Assembly (NCBI GenBank): GCA_035720625.1
Contig: DASTNS010000029.1
Span: 4,014-68,013, forward strand
Source: Gallionella sp.
GTDB taxonomy: Bacteria; Pseudomonadota; Gammaproteobacteria; Burkholderiales; Gallionellaceae
DNA: 64,000 nt
Direction of reading: 5' to 3'
The translations under genes were made by a program, and so were the position numbers. This document shows, one piece after another, positions 44,264-54,366 of this stretch. The notes under the pieces were generated by a model. It had not been told where the DNA came from. It worked only from the letters and a program-made list of their open reading frames with translations, and made no database searches. How positions within the stretch are numbered: position 1 is the first letter of the stretch; every line of letters starts with the position of its first letter.

Positions 44264-45280
44264 TTATTGCAAGTCCTCTGTCGAGGGTTCAAGCAGGAAT
44301 TTCAATTTGTCGAGCAGCCAATTGGCCAGCGGATTGTTGTGCCTGTAGTAGATGCTGGTTTCAATCAATTGGCTTCCGAGCAAATGTTTGAAATGGTACG
44401 AAGTCACGCCCAGGTCAAGCTGCGTGTACCCTTCGCGCGCGCAAGCCTCGATTGCCTTCAGGCACAACAGGAAATACAGGCCATAGCAGCGATTGCATTC
44501 GTAATCCATCCCCATGTATTTGCCGACCATTTTCCGCTGCTTGCCAATGAGTTGCGCAAAACCGATCAGTATTTCACCCTCGAAGCACAGGATGAATTTG
44601 CTGATGCCGGCGGTTTTCCGGAAATAGTCCAGAGTGAGCCTTTCGAACCTGATCGGCGATTGCTCATAAGTGTTGAGGTAAAGCCGGAATACTTGCGCCA
44701 ACAGGTGCTCCGGCAGGGCATCGCATTCCTCAAACCTCAACGGCTCAGCCTTTTTGAGCTTGCGCCTGAAATCGTCAAGCCGTCGCGCGGATAGCCCTGA
44801 ATAGTAATCTCCTGCAATCGTCAGCACCGACACCGGCAGGCCGTTGGCCCGGGTAAATCCCGGCAAGGGCAAGTCGGCGGCGAAACCCTTGTAAGCGACC
44901 AGCGGCATTTTTTTTCGCAGGACAGCATTGACCAGTGACAAGACGTCTTCCGACACTTCACCGTCCATCATGCCGAAATCCGCAGACGGATGTCCGACAC
45001 AGGCAATCCCGAATTTCACCCGGGCCAGGCATTTTTTCAGCACTCCGTCCGGCAGCATGGTGTTGGCGCTGAATGTGTGCAGGAAATAAGGAACCGTGGC
45101 AATCCATTGCCCGTTTCTGAAAATTGCCAGATAACGGCAGTCGAATTCTGCGATTCCCGAGGCTTGGAAAGCCTTGCAAAACGCCGCACCTTCCGGTTCA
45201 TCCTGCAGAAAATCATTGGGCGGAAGTGCCAAATCTTCTACGCTCAAGTTGCCAGATGCAACATCGGAATCCTTGGTCAT
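44264..45280 (-). CDS. GNAT/FemAB-like acyltransferase-domain protein
   Basis: Y..GLSARR..DFRRKLK, YMGMDY...GLYF and LDLGVTSYHFKHLLG motifs; inserted within the trp cluster. Confidence 0.7.
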   Translation of the reverse strand: MTKDSDVASGNLSVEDLALPPNDFLQDEPEGAAFCKAFQASGIAEFDCRYLAIFRNGQWIATVPYFLHTFSANTMLPDGVLKKCLARVKFGIACVGHPSADFGMMDGEVSEDVLSLVNAVLRKKMPLVAYKGFAADLPLPGFTRANGLPVSVLTIAGDYYSGLSARRLDDFRRKLKKAEPLRFEECDALPEHLLAQVFRLYLNTYEQSPIRFERLTLDYFRKTAGISKFILCFEGEILIGFAQLIGKQRKMVGKYMGMDYECNRCYGLYFLLCLKAIEACAREGYTQLDLGVTSYHFKHLLGSQLIETSIYYRHNNPLANWLLDKLKFLLEPSTEDLQ

Positions 45281-45329
45281 ATCGTGTCGGACAATTCGAC
45301 TCGTTCAAATGGATGATGCACAGGGAAAA

Positions 45330-47126
45330 TCATCGGCGCATCATACTCAATGCTACCGCTTCGGCAACCCGGATGCCGTCCACTGCCGCGGACAGGATGC
45401 CGCCCGCGTAGCCCGCGCCTTCGCCGGCGGGATACAAGCCTCGGGTATTGATACTTTGCAAATCGCCGTCATGGCGCTTGATGCGGATCGGCGACGAGGT
45501 GCGTGTCTCCACGCCGGTCAGCACCGCATCGGGCAGGTCGAATCCCCTGATCTGTTTTGCGAAGGCAGGCAATGCTTCGCGGATCGCGGCAATCGCATAG
45601 TCCGGCAGCGCGGTGCTCAAGTCGCATAAATGCACGCCCGGCGCATAGGACGGCTGCACCGATCCGAATTTAATGGAAGGCCTGCCTGCCAGAAAATCGC
45701 CGACCAGTTGGCCGGGTGCGCAGTAATTTCCGCCGCCCAGCTCATATGCGCGCGACTCCCAGCGGCGCTGGAATTCCATGCCGGCGAGCGGGCTGTCTGG
45801 ATCGCTTGAATCGGCGGGATAATCCTCGGGTGTAATGCCGACCACGATGCCGCTGTTGGCGTTGCGCTCGTTGCGCGAATACTGGCTCATGCCGTTGGTG
45901 ACCACCCCCCCCGGCTCCGAGGTGGCGGCGACCACCGTGCCGCCGGGACACATGCAGAAGCTGTACACCGAGCGTCCGTTGCTCGCGTGATGCACCAGCT
46001 TGTAATCCGCCGCGCCCAGTAGCGGATTGCCCGCATTGTCGCCGTAGCGCGCGCGGTCGATCAGCGACTGCGGGTGCTCGATACGGAAACCGATCGAGAA
46101 CGGCTTGGCCTCGAGATACACGCCGCGCTTGTGCAGCATCGCGAAGGTGTCGCGCGCGCTGTGCCCGACCGCGAGCACCAGGTGATTGGTGGCGATGCGC
46201 TCGCCGCCGGCGAGCACGACGCCGCACACTTTTTCGTTCTCGATTTCGATGTCGTCCACGCGGCTCTGGAAGCGGATCTCGCCGCCCAGCGACCGGATGG
46301 TCTCGCGCATCTTTTCCACCATGCTCACCAAACGAAACGTGCCGATATGCGGTTTGCCGACGTACAGGATTTCCTCCGGCGCACCCGCCTTGACGAATTC
46401 CTCCAGCACTTTTCTGCCGAGGTGCCGGGGATCCTTGATCTGGCTGTGCAGCTTGCCGTCGGAGAACGTGCCCGCACCGCCCTCGCCGAATTGCACGTTG
46501 GATTCCGGGTTGAGCACCCCCTGCCGCCACAGGCCGAAGGTGTCCTTGGTTCTTTCGCGCACCGCCTTGCCGCGCTCCAGGATCAGCGGGCGGAAGCCCA
46601 TCTGCGCAAGGAGCAGACCGGCGAACAGACCGGCCGGCCCCATGCCGATCACCACCGGCCTCTTCGGCTTCCATTTCATCGACGGAACAGCGTTGGCTTC
46701 CTCGCTCACTCCTTGCCGTGCTGAATGTACTGTAGCTGCCGCCGCCCTTTCGGGCTTAACTTCGCAAGCGAAGTTAGCGTACGCTGAAACATTCGTTTTC
46801 TGCGTCGTTTGCTCGTCGCCGCCTTGTTTCACCTTTGAAATGAAACCCGAAGGAGCGTGGGTCACAAAGTGATAAGTGGTATCCGGCGCGGGTTTGATAT
46901 GTGGGTCGTTTTTAAATCGTTCGAGAATTGCCGCCTCGTTGCGCAACTCGACGTCCAGTGTGTAGATGAACAGGACGTGGCTCTTCTTGCGCGCGTCCAC
47001 GCCGCGCTTGAACACGACGTGGCTGATCAGCTCATCGTCGGCGATACCCAGCCGCTTTAGAATCGCGGCTTTGATCTCGCCTTCGGCATGAGCCAGCGGC
47101 AGTTTGATTTCGGTTAGACGCAGCAT
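45330..47126 (-). CDS. FAD-dependent oxidoreductase with a ~60-aa palindrome-derived insert
   Basis: VIGMGPAGLFA, GEGGAGTFSDGKL, FCMCPGG, ETRTSSP and GEGAGYAGGILSAA motifs. Confidence 0.9.
   Translation of the reverse strand: MLRLTEIKLPLAHAEGEIKAAILKRLGIADDELISHVVFKRGVDARKKSHVLFIYTLDVELRNEAAILERFKNDPHIKPAPDTTYHFVTHAPSGFISKVKQGGDEQTTQKTNVSAYANFACEVKPERAAAATVHSARQGVSEEANAVPSMKWKPKRPVVIGMGPAGLFAGLLLAQMGFRPLILERGKAVRERTKDTFGLWRQGVLNPESNVQFGEGGAGTFSDGKLHSQIKDPRHLGRKVLEEFVKAGAPEEILYVGKPHIGTFRLVSMVEKMRETIRSLGGEIRFQSRVDDIEIENEKVCGVVLAGGERIATNHLVLAVGHSARDTFAMLHKRGVYLEAKPFSIGFRIEHPQSLIDRARYGDNAGNPLLGAADYKLVHHASNGRSVYSFCMCPGGTVVAATSEPGGVVTNGMSQYSRNERNANSGIVVGITPEDYPADSSDPDSPLAGMEFQRRWESRAYELGGGNYCAPGQLVGDFLAGRPSIKFGSVQPSYAPGVHLCDLSTALPDYAIAAIREALPAFAKQIRGFDLPDAVLTGVETRTSSPIRIKRHDGDLQSINTRGLYPAGEGAGYAGGILSAAVDGIRVAEAVALSMMRR
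46662..46852. repeat. In-frame palindromic (MITE/RPE-like) element
   Basis: Terminal IR CTTCGGCTTCCATTTCA / TGAAATGAAACCCGAAG; internal palindrome TTAACTTCGCAAGCGAAGTTAG. Confidence 0.8.
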
Positions 47127-47137
47127 AAATTATTTTT

Positions 47138-47205
47138 GTAGGGTGCAATAAGCGTAGCGCATTGCACCGGATGTTTCATTCGGCGCAATAATGATTGCGC
47201 CCTAC
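47138..47205. repeat. GTAG-type REP doublet
   Basis: GTAGGGTGCAATAAGCGTAGCGCATTGCACC...GGCGCAATAATGATTGCGCCCTAC. Confidence 0.85.
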
Positions 47206-47210
47206 GCAAG

Positions 47211-48716
47211 CTAGAGATCTGCTTGCGCGTCCAGTCCCGCCAGCACCATCTCTGCCGCACGCAGCACGGCGCGCGCCTTGTTCTGCGTCTCGGTCCATTC
47301 GTTGTCCGGCACCGAATCGGCGACGATGCCCGCGCCCGCCTGCACGTACAGCATGCCGTCCTTCACCACGGCGGTGCGCAATGCGATGGCCAGGTCCATG
47401 TCGCCGTTGAAGCCGAGGTAGCCGACCGCCCCGGCATAGATGCCGCGCTTGCTCGGTTCCAGTTCGTCGATGATCTCCATCGCGCGCACCTTGGGCGCAC
47501 CGCTGACCGTGCCGGCCGGGAAGGTGGCCTTGAGCACGTCCATTGCGGAGAGCCCCGGCTTGAGCGTGGCCTCGACATTGGAGACGATGTGCATCACGTG
47601 TGAGTAGCGTTCGATGATCATCTTCTCGGTGAGCTTCACCGTACCGTTTTGTGCAACACGACCGATGTCGTTGCGCCCGAGGTCGATCAGCATCAGGTGT
47701 TCGGCCAGCTCCTTCGGATCGGCCAGTAACTCCCGCGCAAGCTCGGCGTCCTGCTGCTGTGTCTTGCCGCGCGGGCGCGTCCCGGCGATCGGCCGCACTG
47801 TGACGGTGTCATGCTCCAGCCGCACCAATATTTCCGGCGACGCGCCGACCACGTGATGATCGCCCATGTCGTAATAGAACATGTACGGCGAGGGATTGAC
47901 GCTGCGCAGCGCGCGGTACAGCGACAGCGGTGCGGCGGGGAAGGGCTGCGCCATGCGCTGCGCGAGCACTACCTGCATGATGTCGCCGTCGAAGATGTAC
48001 TGCTTGGCTTTAACCACTGCCTGCTTGAATGCGGCTTCGCCGAATTCCGAGTGTGCTTCGCCACCGTGCATCGGTGGCGCGTGCGGGATGTCCACCGGCT
48101 GGCGCAGGCGCGTGGTCAGCTCATGCAGGCGTTGCTTGGCCAGCGCATAAGCATCGGCCTGTTCCGGATTGGCATAGACGATGAAGGTGAGTTTGCCGGT
48201 GAGGTTGTCCACCACCGCCAGTTGCTCGGTGAGCATCAACAAGATGTCGGGCGTGGCTATTGTGTCTGGTTTTTCCGGCGTATCCGGCTTGTTTGTCCTG
48301 GCGAGGCGCGGCTCGATGTAGCGGATCGTGTCGTAGCCGAAATAGCCCGCCAGCCCGCCGCAGAAGCGCGGTAGATCGGGCAGCGCGGCAACCTTGAAAC
48401 GCGTCTGGTATTCGCGGATGAAATCCAGCGGATTATCGACTTCGTGGGTGATCTCGCTATTTTGGTGCGTCAGCGTGACTTGTTTGCCGCGCACCGTGAT
48501 GCGCGTCTCGGCGGGCAGGCCGATGAAGGAATAACGCCCGAAGCGCTCGCCGCCCTGCACCGATTCCAGCAGGTAGGAATACGGTTTGTTGGCGAGCTTG
48601 AGGTAAAGCGACAGCGGCGTGTCCAGGTCGGCAAAGGTCTCGCTGACCAGCGGGATGCGGTTGTAGCCTTGCTGTGCAAGCGTATTGAATTCTTGTTCGG
48701 TGATGGGGCGCAGCAT
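47211..48716 (-). CDS. trpE: Anthranilate synthase component I
   Basis: [46 protein letters not shown] and [16 protein letters not shown] motifs. Confidence 0.97.
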   Translation of the reverse strand: MLRPITEQEFNTLAQQGYNRIPLVSETFADLDTPLSLYLKLANKPYSYLLESVQGGERFGRYSFIGLPAETRITVRGKQVTLTHQNSEITHEVDNPLDFIREYQTRFKVAALPDLPRFCGGLAGYFGYDTIRYIEPRLARTNKPDTPEKPDTIATPDILLMLTEQLAVVDNLTGKLTFIVYANPEQADAYALAKQRLHELTTRLRQPVDIPHAPPMHGGEAHSEFGEAAFKQAVVKAKQYIFDGDIMQVVLAQRMAQPFPAAPLSLYRALRSVNPSPYMFYYDMGDHHVVGASPEILVRLEHDTVTVRPIAGTRPRGKTQQQDAELARELLADPKELAEHLMLIDLGRNDIGRVAQNGTVKLTEKMIIERYSHVMHIVSNVEATLKPGLSAMDVLKATFPAGTVSGAPKVRAMEIIDELEPSKRGIYAGAVGYLGFNGDMDLAIALRTAVVKDGMLYVQAGAGIVADSVPDNEWTETQNKARAVLRAAEMVLAGLDAQADL

Positions 48717-48734
48717 AAAAACCTCCGTGGTTTT

Positions 48735-48790
48735 GTAGGTCGGGTTTTAACCCGACGGCAGTTATTGTGTCGGGATGAATCCCGATCTAC
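48735..48790. repeat. GTAG-type REP doublet between the trp leader and trpE
   Basis: GTAGGTCGGGTTTTAACCCGAC...GTCGGGATGAATCCCGATCTAC. Confidence 0.85.
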
Positions 48791-48846
48791 AAACGCCATC
48801 GCCAGGCGGCGATTTTCGAAAAACGGAGGAGGCTATTCAATTTCAT
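48787..48846 (-). CDS. trpL: trpE leader peptide MKLNSLLRFSKIAAWRWRL
   Basis: 19-codon ORF with two Trp codons (WRWR); starts 2 nt after the gph stop and ends ~70 nt before trpE. Confidence 0.75.
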   Translation of the reverse strand: MKLNSLLRFSKIAAWRWRL

Positions 48847-48848
48847 GT

Positions 48849-49535
48849 TCAAACGCGCTTGATGAGCGGCAAGGCGGCGGATAAATCGGCAATCACCGCG
48901 TCCGTGTCCAAGGTTTCCGCCGGCTCGCCGTGATTGTAACCGTAAGGCACGCAGAACACCGGGCAACCGGCGGCGCGCGCCGCGAGGGTGTCGTTCAGCG
49001 AGTCGCCGATCATCAGCAGTTGCTCGATCGGTACGCCGAAGAATTCGGCCACATGCAGCAGCGGCAGCGGATGCGGTTTCTTCTCCGGCAGCGTGTCGCC
49101 GGATACGACGATCTCGAAATACTTCGCCAGGCCGGCGCCTTCCAGCAGCGGCCCGGTGAAGCGCGCCGCCTTGTTGGTGATGCAGCCCATGCGGAAACCA
49201 GCTGCACGCATGGTTTCCAAGCCTTCGATCGCGCCATCATACGGCTTGCTGCCCAGCAACAATTTGGTGTAATGCTTTTCGAAAATCGGCAGGGCATGTT
49301 CATACAGCGCGGCATCGGGCGTGGCATGCATCTCGCCGGTTAGCGCGCGTTTCACCAGCCAGCCGACACCGTTGCCGATGTAGCTGGCCAGCAATTCCTG
49401 CGGTACCGGCGCGTAGTCCATTTCGCACAGCATGCGGTTGGCCGCTTCCGCCAGTTGCGGCGCAGAGTGCAGCAGCGTGCCGTCGAGATCGATGACGATG
49501 GCTGAAATGCTGATCGGGAAATGCACCGGCTGCAT
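48849..49535 (-). CDS. gph: Phosphoglycolate phosphatase
   Basis: DLDGTL, ITNK, KKPHP, IGDSLND and YGYNHG motifs; rpe-gph-trpE order. Confidence 0.93.
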   Translation of the reverse strand: MQPVHFPISISAIVIDLDGTLLHSAPQLAEAANRMLCEMDYAPVPQELLASYIGNGVGWLVKRALTGEMHATPDAALYEHALPIFEKHYTKLLLGSKPYDGAIEGLETMRAAGFRMGCITNKAARFTGPLLEGAGLAKYFEIVVSGDTLPEKKPHPLPLLHVAEFFGVPIEQLLMIGDSLNDTLAARAAGCPVFCVPYGYNHGEPAETLDTDAVIADLSAALPLIKRV

Positions 49536-50221
49536 TATTTCTTCACTTTGGCGAGTTCGGCACGCAACGCGGCGATCACGCTGTCATAGCGGTGCGGGTC
49601 GCTATCCTTGCCGGCGCCAAATACTGCGGAACCGGCGACGAAAGTGTCTACGCCGGCTTCAGCCACTTCGCGGATGTTCGCCGGGCCCACGCCGCCGTCG
49701 ATCTCCAGACGGATATCGCGCCCGGAGGCGTCGATCATCTTGCGCACCTTGCGCGCCTTGTCCAGCACATGAGGGATGAATTTCTGGCCGCCGAAGCCGG
49801 GGTTCACCGACATCAGCAATACCATGTCCAGTTTCGGCAGCGTGTATTCCAGCACATCCAGCGGCGTGGCAGGATTGAACACCAGCCCGGCCTTGCAACC
49901 GCTTTCCTTGATCAGCCCGATGGTGCGGTCAATGTGCTCGGAGGCTTCCGGGTGGAAGGTGATGTAAGTCGCGCCGGCCTTGGCGAAATCGGGAATGATG
50001 CGATCCACCGGCTTGACCATCAGATGCACGTCGATCGGCGCGGTCACGCCGTGCTTGCGCAGCGCCTCGCATACCAGCGGGCCGATGGTCAGATTCGGCA
50101 CGTAATGGTTGTCCATCACGTCGAAGTGAACGATGTCGGCGCCGGAGGCGAGAACGTTATCAACTTCCTCCCCTAGTCTGGCAAAGTTTGCGGAAAGAAT
50201 GCTCGGGGCGATTTGGTACAT
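49535..50221 (-). CDS. rpe: Ribulose-phosphate 3-epimerase
   Basis: [32 protein letters not shown] and IDGGV motifs. Confidence 0.97.
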   Translation of the reverse strand: MYQIAPSILSANFARLGEEVDNVLASGADIVHFDVMDNHYVPNLTIGPLVCEALRKHGVTAPIDVHLMVKPVDRIIPDFAKAGATYITFHPEASEHIDRTIGLIKESGCKAGLVFNPATPLDVLEYTLPKLDMVLLMSVNPGFGGQKFIPHVLDKARKVRKMIDASGRDIRLEIDGGVGPANIREVAEAGVDTFVAGSAVFGAGKDSDPHRYDSVIAALRAELAKVKK

Positions 50222-50303
50222 GATGTGACCCTTCAATTAAGTTCAAAAATGCAAAACGCGCATTCTATCCGATACAGAGCCTATTTCAGTATGAAGTGAT
50301 GGG

Positions 50304-50379
50304 TGGTGGAGGTGATCAGGATCGAACTGACGACCTTCTGATTGCGAACCAGACGCTCTCCCAACTGAGCTACACCCCC
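50304..50379 (-). tRNA. tRNA-Ala(CGC)
   Basis: GGGGGTGTAGCTCAGTTGGGAGAGCG...TTCGCAA loop...GTTCGATCC...CACCTCCACCA; 76 nt, G3:U70 pair, encoded CCA. Confidence 0.95.
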
Positions 50380-50393
50380 ACGGTGACCAAATG

Positions 50394-51119
50394 CTAAACA
50401 GAAATCTGTAGTTTGGGAAGCGGTAATCCGGTTGTCCGGTAGAAGGTGTCCAGATCGGCCAGATCATCAAATACCGCCGCAGTGCCTGAGAAATCCTGGT
50501 TGCGCGTGTAGCGGTTGAGGATGACGAAAGTCTTGATGCCTGCCGCAAGGCTCGAGCGCAGGCCGTTTTCGGAATCTTCCAGCGCAATGCAGTCGGCGGC
50601 GGGCAGCCCCAATTTTTCCAGTACCCATAAATAGATATCCGGCGCGGGTTTCTTGTGCGGCACGATGTCGCCGCAGCCGATCACTTCGAACCAGCTCTCG
50701 CCGTCCGCGCCCAGTCCTTGTTGCAACAGCGAGGCGACATTTTCCGGCGAGGTGGTGGTGGCGATGGCGAGACGGATGCCGCCGTTGCGCGCATCGGTCA
50801 GGAGCTGCCTGATGCCGGGGCGCAACGGGATATGGCCTTCGCGCAGCATGGTGTTGTAGTGCGCGGTCTTTACCTTGTGCAGATGCCTGACGAACTCTTC
50901 GAAATCTTCGGGCTTGGCAAAGCCGGTCAGAAAACTTTCCACGAAGTATTTGATGCGCTCCTTGCCGCCGGTTACCTTGAGCAACCGGTCGTATAACGCG
51001 ACATCCCAGTCCCAGTCGAGCCCGTTTTCGGCGAAGGCCTTGTTGAACGACTGGCGGTGCCCGTCCTCGGTATCGGCGAGCGTGCCGTCCACGTCGAATA
51101 TGATGGCTTTGATCGTCAT
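50394..51119 (-). CDS. cbbY: HAD hydrolase, CbbY-like
   Basis: FDVDGTLADTE.GHR..FN, VTGGKERI, IATTT, KKPAPDIY and EDSENG motifs. Confidence 0.82.
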   Translation of the reverse strand: MTIKAIIFDVDGTLADTEDGHRQSFNKAFAENGLDWDWDVALYDRLLKVTGGKERIKYFVESFLTGFAKPEDFEEFVRHLHKVKTAHYNTMLREGHIPLRPGIRQLLTDARNGGIRLAIATTTSPENVASLLQQGLGADGESWFEVIGCGDIVPHKKPAPDIYLWVLEKLGLPAADCIALEDSENGLRSSLAAGIKTFVILNRYTRNQDFSGTAAVFDDLADLDTFYRTTGLPLPKLQISV

Positions 51120-51157
51120 GGTTAAGTGATTTTGATGGGTGAGAAAAGGCAATACTA

Positions 51158-51229
51158 GCCACGGATTAACACGAATAGTCACGGATAAGTGCGGGGCTTA
51201 TCCGTGTTTCATCCGTGTTAATCCGTGGC
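51158..51229. repeat. CACGGAT-unit hairpin repeat, copy 2
   Basis: GCCACGGATTAACACGAATAGTCACGGATAAG...CTTATCCGTGTTTCATCCGTGTTAATCCGTGGC. Confidence 0.85.
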
Positions 51230-51248
51230 CAAATGCTGATTTGGTTGG

Positions 51249-52604
51249 TTAGCGGCCCATTCTTGGCAGCTTCCCCGCCATGCCGCGCATCAGCTTGGCC
51301 ATGCCGCCGCCCTTGCCGAACATTTTCATCATCTTCTGGGTCTGTTCGAACTGGTTGAGCAACTGGTTGATATGCATCACCTGCACGCCTGCTCCGGCGG
51401 CGATACGCCGTTTGCGCGAGGCCTTGATGAGTTCCGGTTTGCTGCGTTCCAGTGGTGTCATGGAATTGATGATGCCTTCGATGCGGCTGATCTGCTTGTC
51501 GTCCATCTGGGAGCCGGCCGCTGCCTGGCTGAGTTGCGCGGGCAGCTTATCCATCAGTGCCGCCATGCCGCCCATCTTGCGCATCTGCACAATCTGCATC
51601 TTGAAATCGTTGAGGTCAAAGCCTTGTCCGCTTTTAACTTTTTTGGCGAGCTTTTCGGCTTCGGCATGATCGACTCCGCGTTGCGCCTCTTCGATCAACG
51701 ACAGTACATCGCCCATGCCGAGCACGCGCGAGGCCATGCGTTCGGGATGGAAGGCTTCGAGGCCGCTGGGTTTCTCGCTCACGCCGACGAACTTGATCGG
51801 CTTGCCGGTGATGTGGCGCACCGACAGCGCGGCGCCGCCGCGCGCATCGCCGTCCAGCTTGGTGAGGATCACGCCGGTCAGCGACAGCGCATCGCCGAAC
51901 GCCTTGGCGGTATTGACCGCGTCCTGCCCGGTCATCGCATCGACCACGAACAGGGTCTCGATCGGCTTGAGCGCGGCGTGCAGTTGCTGGATCTCTTCCA
52001 TCATCGCGGCATCGATGGCCAAGCGACCGGCGGTGTCGACGATCAGTACGTCGTGATAATGCCGCTTCGCATAGTCCAGCGCGGCCAGCGCAATGTCTTG
52101 CGGTTTCTGGCTGAGGTCCGAGGCGAAGAAGTCGATTTCCAGTTGCTGCGCCAGCATGCGCAATTGCTCGATCGCCGCTGGGCGATACACGTCGCAACTG
52201 ACCAGCAGCACCTTCTTCTTCTGCTGGTCGCGCAGCAGTTTGGCAAGCTTGCCGCTGGTGGTGGTCTTGCCCGCGCCCTGCAAGCCGGCCATCAGGATCA
52301 CGGCGGGCGGAGTGATGGCGAGGTTGATCGCATCGTTGTGCTCGCCCATCAGTTTGGTGAGCTCGCGGTGCACCACGCCGATCAGGGCCTGGCCCGGATT
52401 CAGGTTGCCGATGACTTCCTGCCCGAGCGCAGCCTGCTTGACCTGGGCGATGAATTCCTTGACGACCGGCAGTGCAACGTCGGCTTCGAGCAGCGCCATG
52501 CGCACTTCGCGCAGGGTGTCCTGGATGTTGCTTTCGGTGAGGCGCGCCTGACCGCGCAGTGTTTTTATGACGCCGGAAAGGCGTTGCGTCAGATTGTCCA
52601 GCAT
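51249..52604 (-). CDS. ffh: Signal recognition particle protein
   Basis: GLQGAGKTT, DTAGR and TKLDGDARGG motifs; Met-rich M domain. Confidence 0.98.
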   Translation of the reverse strand: MLDNLTQRLSGVIKTLRGQARLTESNIQDTLREVRMALLEADVALPVVKEFIAQVKQAALGQEVIGNLNPGQALIGVVHRELTKLMGEHNDAINLAITPPAVILMAGLQGAGKTTTSGKLAKLLRDQQKKKVLLVSCDVYRPAAIEQLRMLAQQLEIDFFASDLSQKPQDIALAALDYAKRHYHDVLIVDTAGRLAIDAAMMEEIQQLHAALKPIETLFVVDAMTGQDAVNTAKAFGDALSLTGVILTKLDGDARGGAALSVRHITGKPIKFVGVSEKPSGLEAFHPERMASRVLGMGDVLSLIEEAQRGVDHAEAEKLAKKVKSGQGFDLNDFKMQIVQMRKMGGMAALMDKLPAQLSQAAAGSQMDDKQISRIEGIINSMTPLERSKPELIKASRKRRIAAGAGVQVMHINQLLNQFEQTQKMMKMFGKGGGMAKLMRGMAGKLPRMGR

Positions 52605-52662
52605 ATGGGTATGTTATTGCGTATGGTGTAGAATCCGCGAAGTCTAAAACATCCTGACAAAA

Positions 52663-53475
52663 ATGCCTAACATTCTCCTTTCCCTGATCGCTTCTGCCGC
52701 CTATGGCGTGCTGGCCGCCTATTTCTGGCGGGCGCAGGCGCGCGGCGAGGGGGATGTGATGAGCCGCGGGGCGGTGGGGCATCTGGTGTTGATCCCGCTG
52801 GTTTTGCACGGTTACCTGCTCACCCAGGATGTGTTTGCCAATGGCGGATTCAACCTGAGTCTACTGAACGCGCTGTCGCTGATCTTCTTGTTGACCTTGC
52901 TGGTGTATTGGCTGGCGCGTTTTTTCTACCCCATCGGCGGGTTGCAGGCGCTGGTGTTGCCTCTGGCGGCAGTGGCCGTGTTGCTGCCGGAACTTTTTCC
53001 GTCGGCGCACCAACTGGAAAATACCGGCCTGTTTGCCTTCAAGGCGCACCTCACCGCCGCGATGCTGGCCTACAGCCTGTTTACCATCGCCATGCTGCAC
53101 GCGGTGCTGATCTCGCAGGTGGAAAAACGCCTGCATCACGCGACCTTGCCGCGCATCCTGCAAAGCCTGCCACCGCTGCTGACCATGGAAACCCTGCTGT
53201 TCCGCATGATCGGCATCGGCTTCGCACTGCTGACGCTGACACTGGTATCCGGCGTGGTGTTTTCCGAGGAGATTTTCGGCAAGGCGTGGCAGTTCAATCA
53301 CAAGGTGCTATTCGGCTTTGTGTCCTGGGGAGTATTCGCCGTGCTGCTGTGGGGGCATTATTTCTATGGCTGGCGGGGCCGTACCGCGGTGCGTTGGACG
53401 GTGAGCGGCTTCGTATTTTTGCTGCTGGCTTACCTAGGTACGAAATTCGTCCTGGAAGTACTATTGCATAGATAA
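52663..53475 (+). CDS. Cytochrome c assembly family inner-membrane protein (YpjD/CcsA-like)
   Basis: About 8 TMs; LPPL..ME, HK, GWRGR and LAY.G.KFVLE motifs; divergent from ffh. Confidence 0.88.
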   Translation: MPNILLSLIASAAYGVLAAYFWRAQARGEGDVMSRGAVGHLVLIPLVLHGYLLTQDVFANGGFNLSLLNALSLIFLLTLLVYWLARFFYPIGGLQALVLPLAAVAVLLPELFPSAHQLENTGLFAFKAHLTAAMLAYSLFTIAMLHAVLISQVEKRLHHATLPRILQSLPPLLTMETLLFRMIGIGFALLTLTLVSGVVFSEEIFGKAWQFNHKVLFGFVSWGVFAVLLWGHYFYGWRGRTAVRWTVSGFVFLLLAYLGTKFVLEVLLHR

Positions 53476-53566
53476 AGCCGTTGATTTTCTTTGGGTTGCA
53501 AGAAGTGCCTCAAATGTCGTAGAATTCGCGCCCTTTTGCTGGGCTAATAACTTAAATAGGTTTTAT

Positions 53567-53818
53567 ATGGTCATTATTCGTCTTTCCCGTGGCGGTTCCA
53601 AGAACCGTCCGTTTTACAATGTGGTGGTAGCGGATTCGCGCAACCGCCGCGACGGCCGTTTCATCGAGCGCGTCGGTTTCTACAATTCGGTCGCAACAGA
53701 AAATCAAGAAGCGTTGCGCCTGGACTTGGCGCGCGTATCTCATTGGCAAAGCAAGGGCGCGCAATTGAGCGAAGCCGTTGCCAAGCTGGTCAAGCGCGCC
53801 GGAGCTGCGGCAGCTTGA
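53567..53818 (+). CDS. rpsP: 30S ribosomal protein S16
   Basis: [27 protein letters not shown]. Confidence 0.98.
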   Translation: MVIIRLSRGGSKNRPFYNVVVADSRNRRDGRFIERVGFYNSVATENQEALRLDLARVSHWQSKGAQLSEAVAKLVKRAGAAAA

Positions 53819-53826
53819 TTTAAAGA

Positions 53827-54351
53827 GTGCCACGGCAGTCTGATGAATCGAGTCCCATGGTGATCATGGGGCGTATTGCATCCGCACACGGCATTCGCGG
53901 TCCGGTCAAAATCCAGCCATTCACCGAATACCTCGATAGCCTGCTGGATTACCGGACATGGTGGATAGGCCATGAGCATGGCCCGTGGCGCGAGGTGAAA
54001 GTCGGTCAGTGCGACGTGCATGGCAAGACGCTGGTTGCGCAATTGCCGGATTGCCCGGACCGCACTGCAGCCGAGAAGCTGAAGGGCTTGCTGATCGCCG
54101 TGCCGCGCAGCAGTTTGCCGGAGCAGGGCGAAGGCGAATACTACTGGTCGGACCTGATTGGGTTCGCGGTGGTGAATGAAGCGGGTGTGCCATTGGGAAC
54201 GGTAACAAACCTGCTGGAAACCGGCGCGAACGACGTGCTGAGCGTGCAGGGTGACAGCGGCGAAATTCTGATCCCGTTTGTGGCTTCGGCCATCAAGCAG
54301 GTGGATCTGAAAAACAAGACCATCCATGTGGATTGGTCGGCGGATTACTGA
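53827..54351 (+). CDS. rimM: Ribosome maturation factor RimM
   Basis: GRI..AHGIRG, EYYWSDLIG, ETGANDV and LIPFV motifs; start could be ATG 53857. Confidence 0.96.
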   Translation: MPRQSDESSPMVIMGRIASAHGIRGPVKIQPFTEYLDSLLDYRTWWIGHEHGPWREVKVGQCDVHGKTLVAQLPDCPDRTAAEKLKGLLIAVPRSSLPEQGEGEYYWSDLIGFAVVNEAGVPLGTVTNLLETGANDVLSVQGDSGEILIPFVASAIKQVDLKNKTIHVDWSADY

Positions 54352-54366
54352 AAAGGCTAGCCGTAG

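Noticed and set aside
48262..48295. [10 protein letters not shown] mini-duplication in TrpE
   Set aside because: Short imperfect duplication in a variable loop; not linked to any repeat family and of little consequence.
50304..50379. tRNA-Ala as an island attachment site
   Set aside because: No duplicated tRNA 3' end or adjacent integrase seen; flanked by rpe and cbbY.
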